35,904 nt of DNA, taken from contig ML002376.1 of assembly GCA_003614675.1 (NCBI GenBank), positions 1 through 35,904 of the forward strand. Direction: 5' to 3'. Below the pieces are notes generated by a model. It saw only the letters and a program-made list of their open reading frames with translations, made no database searches and was not told where the DNA came from. The position numbers were made by a program, and so were the translations under genes. This stretch comes from Dimargaris cristalligena (taxonomy: Eukaryota). Of the stretch, positions 22,611 through 34,300 are shown piece by piece (position 1 is the first letter of the stretch; each line of letters starts with the position of its first letter).

Positions 22611-23678
22611 GCTGGATTTGGCGAAAATTACCAACCTCTGCCTTTTCTATAATATTGAAACCTGCGGCCGGTTGGGGAAGGTGTAGGCCTCTGAAGGCCG
22701 ATATTTTCAAACATCTTCACTTGCGCATAAAAAAGACTGCCCTATACAACACTGCTCTGCTCTGCTCTGAACTGAATATTAGATTTTCTTTGATTAAGGG
22801 CGGAGGTCGTTAGTGATAATAGCGAGAGTCACCAATCTTGTTGATTGCCGCAGATGTGGTGGAATAGAAGGCCTAGTTAGATCTCCTCAAGTACTATACG
22901 ACCATATAGCACAGCCGGAGCTCACTCTTGCTGCGGAAATATGCCGAGTGCCCTTATTTAAGCAGGAATAGCGTTTGAAGTCTAAAAGACGGCTAAACCA
23001 GCCGGCTATAATCACCAACCCGATTATTATTAGGCAAAGGGGAATTGGGGTATTTAAAGTAACTGGTCACCTTGGCCCTTATTATTTTAGGTTCTGCATT
23101 TCCTTATTATAAGATGACAAAGTATATTAAAGCCAAAGGACGTAGAGCTAACTACCGCAGTGCTGTCGCTTAAGAGTGCTAAGTTACTTGGGGGCGGCAT
23201 ACACATTAACCCAACCAGCTACTCCAATAGTTCTCTAAAGGATTAGGACAGTGCGGCTATGTTATGGAACACAAACGAATGAAGTCCGAAAGACCAACTG
23301 AACCTGCTACCAAGGCCCTTTATACCTTAACTTGTCGTTCAAATCCGCAGTTTCATTTCCCTGTCTGCTTTACCTCTTTATCCAGTATATTACGCCAGCT
23401 TGAAGAGGGGGTGGTGCACCAATCCTACTGGCTGATGTTAATTATGGCCCTTCAAAGCATAGCCGTGGCCCGAAGTTACCGGTGGCACGTTGAATGACAA
23501 TGTCTCAGTTGAGCTACGGTCTAACAAAGAAGGATCTTGCCCTTCATTCCTGGCCACCCGCCGGACTATATCCGCATATATTTATTTTATAGTAGATTTA
23601 GCCCTACACAGCGCCAAACCACCACCACACCCCGCCAATTATCTGGTAATGAGGTGTGAGCATGTGCATAAAGCCCAG

Positions 23679-25774
23679 CTAGGGTAGCAAGACGTCGCAG
23701 ATGCTGATATATGATCCGTCATCGGGGTCAAACGATGCACACTTCGCAATCTGTATGCGGCCAATTCGGGTAGTACCGAAGTTGTAGTCACCCAACTGGT
23801 CTAGGATAGGTCGGGCATTAAAGTCCAATTGACCCACGGAGATCTTACGACTATTGGCCACCGAGCGTGGAAGAAAAGTCGTATTAGCCAGGGTGGCATG
23901 CAGCTAATGGGGTGGGAGATGGATGGGGGTATAGACGATGATTGTATCAGGTCGCAGAACAGGTTTCGTTATGGATTCGTTAGTCGCAAAGAAGGGCGAG
24001 TAATGTGCAGCACGAAGCCCAGTCGCCTTTTTTTTAATGTTTAGTCGATTCGCTAAAGTATGGTAATGACATACTTTGTCTATAAAAAGGCGATAAAGTT
24101 TTTCTCATAATACTTTCGGGACCATTCAGCAATCGGCCCAATTGGCAAAGGGGTAAGTGGCAATGAATAAGGGGTATGGAAGACATGTTTCAGATACCTT
24201 GAGTTCCACGATGTCATCAGAAACCAAGAATCCGGCATTCTTGAAGGTTGTCAGAAGGTGTTGGCAGACTTGTTTCAGCCGATTTTCACTGTCATCCTTG
24301 ACGGCCGCATAAAGTACTTTGCAGTGGTCTAGAGTCAAATAGAAAAATGCACAGCGGTAATAGCCGGCCCCAAGGTGTTAATAAGGGTCTGAGAAAGTGG
24401 GCGGTGTCCAAGTAAGTTGTGTGATTTAGTATTGATAGCATTGGACTGGAGAGTGATTAAACTAAGATTCGGCCGATAGACAGAGGCTAGAATCGTCGCT
24501 GGATGTTGCTTAGGAAACCTGGGATTACGGTCAGCACAGCAGCAGCCTTGAATAGCGCGGACCCAGTATTCCATAATGGAGATTAAGAGATAAAGGGATC
24601 CAAATGCCCCAGAGATCTCCAGCTCAAAAAGTCGATGGCAGCAGCAAATAAAATGAAGGCACATTTGTGTCCCAGGACCGATAACGTCGATATCGATCGC
24701 ATTGGACTCGCACCCCTTGACCCCTTCTTCCTTCCCACTACTAATATTGGTGAACAACTTATACCACAATATCCCAGGGAAAATGGGAGTAGTTTATGCA
24801 ACAGCATACTTAGTATTCACTTACCGGGCGTGCCTTTCATGATCCGGAGTCCTTCCAGCTGAATCACCAGAGACCGGGTTCCGAGTAGGTCGTAGATGGT
24901 GGCTGAGCAAGACCGGAGCGTTTCGCTTGCCTGTTCCATCTCCTCCGGGCTGGAGAGCCGAAGCATGCCGATGGTTAGATGGACGCGCTCACTACGCATG
25001 TAAAGGCGGGGGTTGAGTTCCAGTGGACCTAGATTAGGGTCAGCGGGGTCGACCAATTCCGTAGCGACCGCGGGTGAGTTGCGGTAGCAGTTTAGAGCGG
25101 CTTCGCGAAAGAGGCGGACCTTGTCCTGTAGGGCCCTCTCCTTGAGCGGCAAGGATATGAAATGGGTAAAGGGACCACTGGCCTAACCAAATCGGATATA
25201 TTATACAAAGTTAACGGCATGGATAAATAAGTCGTATTAATGCAAGGTTGATTATTTACATTTAGTGATTCTGGAGTAAAGAGAGTAGGCCAATGGGGGC
25301 CGAGTGGTAAAAAGGGTTGAGGCTAGTCACCATTCGAATCGTACTTACTCTGGAGGGGCTTTTCCGGTCGGCGGGTTGCAACTCGGTACGATCATTGGAT
25401 ATGGCGGATGGTCCTAAGGCAGTATGGTAAATGGACCCAGTAGCAGCAGAGAAATTCGAGGTACATTCGCCCTAGTATGTTCGATAATGAGTCGATGATA
25501 CCACTTGGGCGTTTGCTTTCGCATGGGTCGTTTTTCTTCTCCCAAGAACCGATCGAGAGTGATACTGATTATCAAGTAACAATGTGATACCCAATGGTTC
25601 GGAAACCGACTTACCTGCCGAACTTTCCGAGGGGCCGGCTGAACATAGTGGCGAGTCGGTGTCGGTCTCGGTTCTAAAAAGAGCCCGGGGCTTGCGGGGA
25701 GCTGGGGGGTTAGTTGGTGGGCTGAATACCCGGTATGTGCGACCCTGGACAGTGAGTAGTTTGATATGGTTCAT
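23679..25774 (-). CDS. ASCC1: ASCC1 / AKAP7-type 2H phosphoesterase (2',5'-ligase-like); exons 25774..25615, 25413..25349, 25182..24825, 24328..24198, 23903..23679; 312 aa
   Basis: ASCC1-like N-terminus (LLTVQGRTYR), FTHFISLPL, HxT motifs VHLTIGML and KLHATLAN, VLYA, and ARPILDQLGDYNFG...DGSY. Four GT-AG introns (GTAAGT x3, GTATCT) are all phase-consistent; total 939 nt. Confidence 0.85.
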
Positions 25775-26092
25775 AGTAAGGACGCCGAAAAGGTCGGGTG
25801 GGGGAATCCAGAAGAAAACGATAGCGCGGTGGACCGCAAGCGGTAGGCAATGGTTGGAAGGTATAAAAGGTGTCGGTGAGTAAGTAGAGCCTGGTGGATG
25901 ATTAACTCGGAGAAGGAAATTACCAGGGGGGGGGGTGACCACCACTCTTCAGCTACCGTAACATCGGTCAGAGGTAGACTTCTGGGGTAAACTTCAGAGA
26001 CCGGCTGGCTTTCTACACCCCAAGGCCTACCAACTCGGCTTGTTCTCTATACGTCTCCTCTGTTTACACACTCTTGGCCTCGAAAATGCACC
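25775..26092. promoter_or_regulatory. Short divergent (bidirectional) promoter region between ASCC1-like and WRAP53-like genes
   Basis: Only 318 bp between opposite-strand start codons. Confidence 0.6.
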
Positions 26093-27499
26093 ATGGAAAC
26101 GCTGGAATCCAATGCAGTCGACTCCGCCCCTACTGATCCAAGTTCTCTCGCACCCGCATTCGAGAGCTCTGACCCCAATGACCAGCCCAGTGGCCTACCA
26201 TGGTCAGCCGTACCTTGGCCAGCTCTACTATACTCTCCGACTGGAGACCGCCCCATTCTAAGCGCCTCGACGGGCGCCCGGTTCAATACTACCGTGGCCG
26301 AGGGACTAAGACTCCATCCCCCTTCGAATCGCCCGGGTCAACAACATTCACTGCCCAATTCTGACGGAAGCCCCTCCTCCCCCCTTCCCACTTTAAATAG
26401 CGGTCAGCACAATAACTTCTTCCAAAGGGCGACCTGGTCACCCGATGGCTCATTTCTTTTGACTAGTTCCAATGACCAGTGCGCCCGGGTCTTCCAGCTC
26501 CCCACCGATACGCTGACTACCGCCGCTGCTACTGGTTCACCAGAGCCCCTCGAAGCCTTCCAATGCCTCCGACAGAGCCATGGCATTCTCGCCCTGGACT
26601 GGTACCCCCATGTGGATTATTACCACCCGTCCACCTGGTGTTTTGTCTCGTCCACCCGTGATCACCCGGTTCACCTATGGAATGCCTACACCGGCAAGGT
26701 CCAGGCAACCTACTGGGCTGAAGATGACAAGGGGCAGAAGATTGCGGCGTATGCGCTGGCGTTCCACCCTGACGGCCAATCATTATATACCGGCTACCAC
26801 GACGCGATCCATATTTTCGACGTTCAGCGGCCGGGGATGGCCCGGCAAACGGTCCGCCTCACCCCTACCCGCAACAGTAAGGCCGGGCAGAAGGGTATCG
26901 TATCCACCATAGCTTTTAATCCGGACCGATCGGGGCTCTACGCCGTAGGCACGTTCAGCAATTCCGTGGGCCTCTACGCCGACACGGCCCCCGGTGCCCT
27001 GCTCCATCTCAAACGACCGCCCATCGGCAACGGTCTGAGTCAATGTCAGTTCTCCCCCTGCGGCAATTACCTCTATTTGACCGGTCGGACCCACTACTCA
27101 GTATTCTGCTGGGATATTCGCCAAACGGGGAAGTTCCTGTTTTGTATTGATCGGACGCTCGGTACAAGTCAGCGCATTAGTTTTGACGTGGATCCGACGG
27201 GCCAATTTCTGGCTAGCGGTACCCGGGAAGGAACGGTTCAGATCTACGATATTAGCGGACCGCTCCAGGCCCAACCGGTCACTAAGGATCCCCTCCTGGT
27301 ACAATCATTTCCGGGCCACCATGATGCTATAGGTGCCACCCAATTCCACCCAACTCTGCCTCTCATGGCCACCTGTTCGGGCCAACGGGAGGCCCTGGAT
27401 GATGATGACGATGATGACGACGAAGGCAATACGCGTTCACTAGACAACAGCGTACGGATCTGGCGTTGGGATGCGGCGGAATTTCCCGAAGTCACCTAG
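26093..27499 (+). CDS. WRAP53: Telomerase Cajal body protein 1 (WRAP53/WDR79/TCAB1; Swt21-like) WD40 protein, 468 aa, intronless
   Basis: NNFFQRATWSPDGSFLLTSSND, DWYP, SSTRDHPVHLWNAYTG...ATY, AYALAFHPDG, IFDVQRPG, GQKGIVS.IAFNP, CWDIR, QRISFDVD, FHPTLPLMATCSGQR, DNSVRIW. Confidence 0.92.
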   Translation: METLESNAVDSAPTDPSSLAPAFESSDPNDQPSGLPWSAVPWPALLYSPTGDRPILSASTGARFNTTVAEGLRLHPPSNRPGQQHSLPNSDGSPSSPLPTLNSGQHNNFFQRATWSPDGSFLLTSSNDQCARVFQLPTDTLTTAAATGSPEPLEAFQCLRQSHGILALDWYPHVDYYHPSTWCFVSSTRDHPVHLWNAYTGKVQATYWAEDDKGQKIAAYALAFHPDGQSLYTGYHDAIHIFDVQRPGMARQTVRLTPTRNSKAGQKGIVSTIAFNPDRSGLYAVGTFSNSVGLYADTAPGALLHLKRPPIGNGLSQCQFSPCGNYLYLTGRTHYSVFCWDIRQTGKFLFCIDRTLGTSQRISFDVDPTGQFLASGTREGTVQIYDISGPLQAQPVTKDPLLVQSFPGHHDAIGATQFHPTLPLMATCSGQREALDDDDDDDDEGNTRSLDNSVRIWRWDAAEFPEVT

Positions 27500-28502
27500 T
27501 AATATCTGATGAAAAATGTGCATGGGCCTTTGGCTGGACTTTCGAAACACCATTGATACCAAGTGAGGCTGTTTTATAGATGGATAGGGGTAGCGTCTCT
27601 TGTGCGAATGGGGATGCCCGACTATCGAGATGCCATCGTATCCGCCGATTACGAGCTCGGCTATTTGTGGAGTATTTCTTAAATAGAAATTAAACGACGA
27701 ACGACCCAAATTTACACCATTACTGCTCAGACTGCAAACTCTACTACCGTTGATTAGATGAGGGGGGGGGGGTCCCTCTGGCCCCTTTACTACACCATTC
27801 CGCTTAATCAGGAGCCATAGCTGTGCAATGGTTTGACGTGGTTTTCGCTAATAATTGGGCAACGTGAAACTCCCCATTAATCTCACGCCACGCCCCTTGG
27901 CGGTTTTAGATGGACTAGGGTAGGCTCATGATATTAAGAAAAGCCCCCCTAGGTAAGACTATCAACCGGCGAAGATACTCCCTCGGCCCGATTTTCGTAA
28001 TCAAACCTGTTCTAACCTACAAGATGGTTTAAGACCTGGTCTTATACACACACGAAGACATATGGCCGTGCCCCTCTCAGTTGCAAAGATGCAGAAGTTG
28101 GCCCCAGACACGCCCAACTACATATGATTGAGTCACCTTGATCGATAAGATGTATGGATAGTGAGTAGGCTTAGCTCGATCAAGACGCCAATTGGACCGG
28201 CGAAACGGCCACCGGTGGATTACAATAGGGCCCGTCTGTTTCAAATCGAAGCGCGCCTATACTTCCTACCGCCATATCGTGTTGGTAAGACCTACAAGGT
28301 TTTACTGCGTCTCCTCATTCTATAATGGGACTCGTATCACTTGATTAGCAAGGGGAGGCATAATACGGAGGTTCCGATTGAGCAGGGCTACTAATAACAT
28401 GGCCCACTCAGAGACAGTCGAACTCGGCCGCCTTACTAACCAAGGAATCAATTCGAAACAAGGAAGGTTTTACCCACCGACAGCGGAATTGACCGGATTG
28501 GG

Positions 28503-28510
28503 TATAAATA
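28503..28510 (+). promoter_or_regulatory. Candidate TATA box
   Basis: TATAAATA about 120 nt upstream of ATG 28625. Confidence 0.55.
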
Positions 28511-28624
28511 TAAGTCGGAATCCAGCCATTGGGGATCGGGTTTTTTCCCTTATACGTTAGTTATCCTCATTACAACTCCCCATTTCGCATACCCCTCCCT
28601 CTCTCATCACCATCCACTTACACA

Positions 28625-28996
28625 ATGATCGGAAAGTCTTACGCCGCTATTGCCCTGGCCACACTCGCCGCCGCCGCGGTGGTGAACGCTCAGTCGACCG
28701 TCACCAACATCGAAACTTCTACTGTCGCCGGTGGTGGCTCGCAGAGCACCAACGGCAGTGACGATTCCGCTGACACGACCTCGGTGACTACCGAAACCAC
28801 CAGCAACTCCCCCACCAGCCAACAGGCCTCCACCGACGTGTCCACCAAGACCGTCGAGCCCTCCGACACGGCTGCCGTTGCCACTGAGACTGATGTGGTT
28901 GCCAGCGGTGCTATGGGTCTGATCAACGGCAACATGGCCGCCCAGGCCGCCGGTGCCGCCGTCGTGGCCGGTTTAGCCTTCATCTCCTACTTGTAA
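28625..28996 (+). CDS. Small secreted Ser/Thr-rich, probably GPI-anchored cell-surface protein, 123 aa
   Basis: Signal peptide MIGKSYAAIALATLAAAAVVNA|Q; S/T/D-rich body; omega-site-like SGA followed by a spacer and terminal hydrophobic AAVVAGLAFISYL; strong C-ending codon bias. Confidence 0.85.
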   Translation: MIGKSYAAIALATLAAAAVVNAQSTVTNIETSTVAGGGSQSTNGSDDSADTTSVTTETTSNSPTSQQASTDVSTKTVEPSDTAAVATETDVVASGAMGLINGNMAAQAAGAAVVAGLAFISYL

Positions 28997-31324
28997 AATA
29001 CCACCGTAATGGGTGATATAGACCGATGAAGTAATTATTGGACTTACCTGTCGTGTTCATTAATAAATGGACCATTTGCATCCAGTTTCCATTTTGAATT
29101 TCTCGGGCCGGCCCACGATGTCCCCCCCCTCTACTAACGATGTTTAGGTGGTGTAGGTGGTATAATAAGCAAGGGCGGCCCAACGGGTTTGAAACCAGTT
29201 GGTTTGAGACCTGATTTAGGGGAGTATATACGTAGTGATTATAACAAAACGACTGAATGACCCAATTAATGAATAGGGGTGCTTTTAGGTCTCTGGTTCG
29301 GTTTTAGATGGTTCTTGGCGGCCCTACGTGGCGGACACCATTTGGGAAAGGAGACAAATTGAATAAGGCTAGTTCGGAAGTGGATAGCAGGCACATTATA
29401 TATTATATACGAATAGGTCGAGTCGTGGGAATTGGCTGGTCTACATATAGGGAAGGGTAAAAGTAGCCCAAAACCATGGGACAGGTGCATATATTCACCA
29501 GACCCCCAATGCCAGACAGGCTAGGCGGAGTAAAGATCAGTTGCCAGTGGCAAAGACAAGTTGTTTGTAATTCGGAGTAAATAAAGGCGAGAAATTCTGC
29601 GGCTGGAAGGCCTGGAAGAATCGAGTGGCATGAGGTCACTGCCTCCCTTATGCAGGGTTAATGTGGGGAGGGTGGGTGTATCTGCGCAGACATGTGGGGG
29701 GGATAGTAGCATTACATTATAATGCCCTCTTTTCACGGCTCGCCCTCATCAAGCACACATGTGTATTTTTATGGTGAACGGAGATTGAAGGTGGGGTATA
29801 GAGCCCGATAAAGGTCGTTGAGTGGTAGGAGGTGGGGTCGATGGTCATGTCTGGCGAACAGGTGACGAGGTGAGGGAGGAGGGCACATGTGCAGCAGCCA
29901 TACCTCGCAAGTCCTCACAAATCCAACAGACTAAGATTTTTGGTGAACAGCACTGGGAATAAAAGGCTGGCTGGTGGGGGGGTATTTAGTAGGTGGCCCA
30001 GACAGGGTAAAAGGGGCTAATTAAGGGGCACACTAATAATGGGTATAATGATATAGGGGCTGCCCTAGATAGTATGTGAGATCCCCTCCATGCATCTATT
30101 AGACACGGCGGGGGTTATGATGGTGGTCCCTGTCCAGCTTGATGGACCTGAAATTATTGGGTTTGGCCTGCTTTGTTTCCCTTGGGGGCAGCCAGCCAAT
30201 CACGGCCGTCGGTGTGCGTCTTCCAACAAATCGAGGCCCAAACCCAAACATAAACACAGCCGAGAGAGCCAAGTCCGGACGAAAAATCACTAATTGGTAG
30301 TAAGTGCGGAACCGGGGTACCTTAAAGCCACTCTACCCACGGTTGGGGAATGTCGAGTAAATTGTACTTTTTGCTGGCGTGTGGCTGGGTCGGTGATAAA
30401 GGAGGAAGTTGACGCTTGGACAAGATCAATACGCAGAAGAGGGCCGTTTTGTTCGATAGGCCTGTAGGAGTTAGTGTAGTGTAGTGTAGGGAAAACGGCA
30501 GCTACATCTACATTTACCTGCGCAACCAGGCAGACAACAGAGAGAGGCGGGGCCCATTGTCCACTCCCCCCCTACAGTGCCTCCTGGCATTGGGAAATCA
30601 GAAGGCGGGGGGTGTTGATACAGTGTATGCGCGAGCGAGTCGCTTGTATGGTTTTTGCCAGACGTTAAATGCTATATGCACTTTCCTGCCTTTTTCCTGA
30701 GGTATACCTCCTGTATCCGGCGGAGTTGGTTCTACTTTCTCTTTTGTGTTGGCTAAATTCGTCGACTTTTCTATATTCCGGTTGGTTAACAGACAACCGG
30801 CGCCCCTGCTTACCATTCCTTTCTTTCCTGCCCTATTCTGTCCATTACCTCAGTCGGTTGCGGTTTCCTTTTTAACCTACCCAAGCATTCCTTAACCAGC
30901 CCTAGCCGTGGATTCCCCCTTCCTTATTGACCATTGTCGATTCCTTGACCCCGTTTTTCATTTTGCTACGCGTATGCTGGTGTTCGCGTGGGCCGTTTCT
31001 GTTGTCGTAAACCCACCGTGTAAAATTGATACGTTAAAGTTGTCTGAATTCTGCTCATTCGAGTTTGGTGCCGTTGTTGAACCCACCGCATATAATATGC
31101 TCAGTCCCCCGGCCGTTGTGGGTGTCTCAATAATATTAGCCCTGTTTTTAACTTCTCTTTCCCAGCTGTGTTTTCGCTGCTTTGTACCTCTTGGTGTTTG
31201 TTCTTCTAAGTATTCCTTATTCCTATTTTTGGTACCCCCCTCCCCGTATAAGTTGTTCCCTCAGAACTAGCCTCCAAGCCGTAGTATCGTCCTTCGTATC
31301 TGCGCCACCCTTTCTCAGTTCCCC

Positions 31325-34300
31325 ATGCTCTCCCGCTTTTTGGGTTCAGCCCCGCGGGACGACCCTTCCGACTCGAGTCACTCCACCAATAGCCTGGCTG
31401 ATTCCCTCGCCTCACACTACTCTCAGACTTCCTCCAGCCAACAGGGTCTCAGCTTTAATCTGCCGTCGGAGCTGTGGACCAATGCTCGGCCCGAGGCTGT
31501 AGCCGTTGTCGAATCCAGCGAGGGCAGCGCCTCCACATTGACCACTTGCGCTCCGCTCTCTAATACCTCATATTCCCCCTCATCCGTCACCCCCGGAAGC
31601 TCGCCCAATCCCTCCTTCGATCCGCTGTCCCCCGTTGTGTTTTCACGGTCGCAGGACCCGTTGGCCCCCCCAACTGCTATTCGGACCCGGGCACCTAGTC
31701 CTCTCACTAACCCCGCACCGGCTTACGATAATGAATTTTTGATCAAACATTCCAGTGCGCATTCATCAAGTCCCAGCGGCGCCACGGGCTTCCCCCCGGC
31801 GCCCGTCGTCATCAACAAATTCCAGTCGTTACCAGCTACTGCAACCGCCTATTCCAGCCTGTCATCCATATCATCCCTATCCCGACCCACGTCCGCAGCG
31901 GCTCGAGCCGCGGTGGCCGCCGCCACCTCTGAACACGGTCAAGTAGGTCCCGACTCCTCATCCTCCGAGTCTGAAGATCCCGCGCCTCCCCGGGAGTCCG
32001 ATCAAGCCGCATTACCCTCCTACGCAAACCAGCCCCGAACCAGCCCCCGCGGCCTAGAGAATTTACTGATGTCTACCTACTACCACCGGTCTGGACAGCC
32101 TCCGTCGGGCCTGGAGCCGGCCGGAATGGTCGGAAATCCCGACCCCGAGGACCCCTTTGATCATATTGCCGCGTCGTTTGAAAGTTTGAACCAGTCTATT
32201 CCCGGTTCGTCTCCGCTGCACGTCAACGAGTTTCTCCTTCAAACCAAATGGTTTCACGCCATCGCCAATGGTCAACTCATCACTGTAACCAGCCTCCTCA
32301 GCTCCCACCGCCCTCTGATCAATGCCCGCAGTCCAGTACCCACCCCGTTTCACAGTTCCATCATTCGCGATGCGAGTCTTTATCTCGGTGAGGACACCAC
32401 AGGTATGGATGGTCTACAAGTGGCCCTGATGCACTTTTCGGCCACCCAGTGCGGCCTTTCCCCCGGCGCAAATCGGCGGCCCGAGGAACTTGAAACCCGA
32501 GCCGCTGTACTACACGCCCTCATCGATAACAGTTGGCCGGGCGAGCTAGACAACCACCGGTTTGGCCGGATGCGCAATACCGCTTTGCACCTGGCCGCGT
32601 TTCTAGGTGATAAAACGGTAGTCAAGCGGCTTCTCGACCAGGGGGCTACCGCCACCATTAAGAATCGCTTAGGCTACTGCCCCAACGAAGTGACCGAGAA
32701 TGTACACATTCGCGATAGTCTTGAGGAAACAATGCAATTAGAAGACAGTGGCCGGCGACCCCAGCATCGCTTTCGGCATGATATTATCACGGAAGAGGAA
32801 GGTGTCGCTATGCTGGTGAACGAGGCCACTGATCGGCAACTTCCAGTGCGCCGAAGCGCCGCCGACCGCTCTCAATTCGGTATGAGCGACTCTGACGGGG
32901 ACTCGGATCGCCATTCCCGCGATCATGTCAACCAGTTCCGCTCGGCCAGTGACCTTGATTCGAATGAAGACCTAGATGATGATATAAGTGCCGGTGACCC
33001 TCCACTTAGCCTGGGAGACCTGGACAGTCCCAGTTTGGTGGGGTATGATCAGAGCCCGGTGGGACGGCCAGGTCCCAGTTTGGGCGCCTATGCCCTCCAA
33101 CGAGCTACCCTGGTGGTTTCTCCCCTTGGTTACAGCAGCCGTACCCAGTCCCCCGTTCCTTATGAAGAATCATCCTCGTCCGCTTTGTTCTATAACGTTG
33201 ACGACTCGCCACCACGGGACACTGATCTACCTTCCCCGTTCGATACGGCCAGCTCCCCCATCAGACTTCATCGGCCTCCTTCCTCACCCAGCCATCCCTC
33301 GCCAACGACCACCGACAACCGGATGACCTCAACCGATGCCAGTCTATCTATTGATTCTTTCCACACCGCCTCTTCATCACCTCCCGGCTTCGCCCGACTG
33401 TCGTCCCCCCAAATCACACGAGTGTCCGCGACGGGTTCACTCGGTACTCCAACCCGACTAGTGGACCTTAAACGATTATCAACCGACTCCGAATCGCTGG
33501 GTCTTTTGAATGAATTGGTGGGCCAGCGGGTGGGTGAGCGACGCACCCCCTCCCCCTCATCACGAAACCAGCGCCTTATGACCCCTTCACCTCCCCTAAT
33601 TTTGGAAGCCCTAGCTGATCCAGTGCTCGACTTGGATACGCCCATCCAAATGACCCAGTCGACCCTAAGCCCCGACTCGCATCCCGCCGGCCCTAGCGTT
33701 ACTTTCTCGCCCAATACAACTGGCCATACCGGCCCTCGCGAACCTATCCGGTCCATCTTGCACGACCCCAGTCGGACTACCCGCCTGAGCCACACCGGTG
33801 AGCTTCCGGAAGGAAACCCCACTACTGGCAACCGGTCCTCCCTTAGTCGTCACTCCTCGAATGTGCGCTTTGCCGATGAATTGGAGGTGATTATCCCACC
33901 GGAGGACCACGATGAATCCATGTCGGGCTCCTACGGAGATGACTTGACGTCCATGGGGTATTCGGACCTTGATGATTTTATCAACGATGAACTGGGCAAT
34001 ATGTCGGACGAGCATTTGCACCCACTCGGTGAAACCGAAATGCCCGACTTACTTCGACAGGGCCTCTATCCCCGCTCCATGTCCCACTCCGCCATCTTAT
34101 GCCTGCCATCTGCGCTCGACGCCAGTGGCGATGATGACCAGGGCGCTATGGGCCACTACGGCAGCGTACCTAGTAGTCGGGGTATTTACTTCCCCCGCTC
34201 CAACAGCTACCAACCCGTTTTCCCCCTTCAGCCGGAGCAAACTCCCGAATCGAATCCCTCCCAGCATGACAGCTCCAGCTCGACCTCGTCGTCCGATAAC

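Noticed and set aside
24335-24769. 144-aa ORF inside ASCC1 intron 3
   Set aside because: Non-ATG start, no recognisable motifs and no coding-like bias.
25472-25614. Continuation of ASCC1 exon 1 (ITLLLDNQYHS...) as the start of a KH domain
   Set aside because: It begins with a perfect GTAAGT donor, lacks GxxG and runs into a stop; the spliced model is phase-consistent.
30598-31502. Hydrophobic ORFs upstream of the ankyrin gene
   Set aside because: Explained by the pyrimidine-rich promoter and 5' UTR; mostly non-ATG starts.
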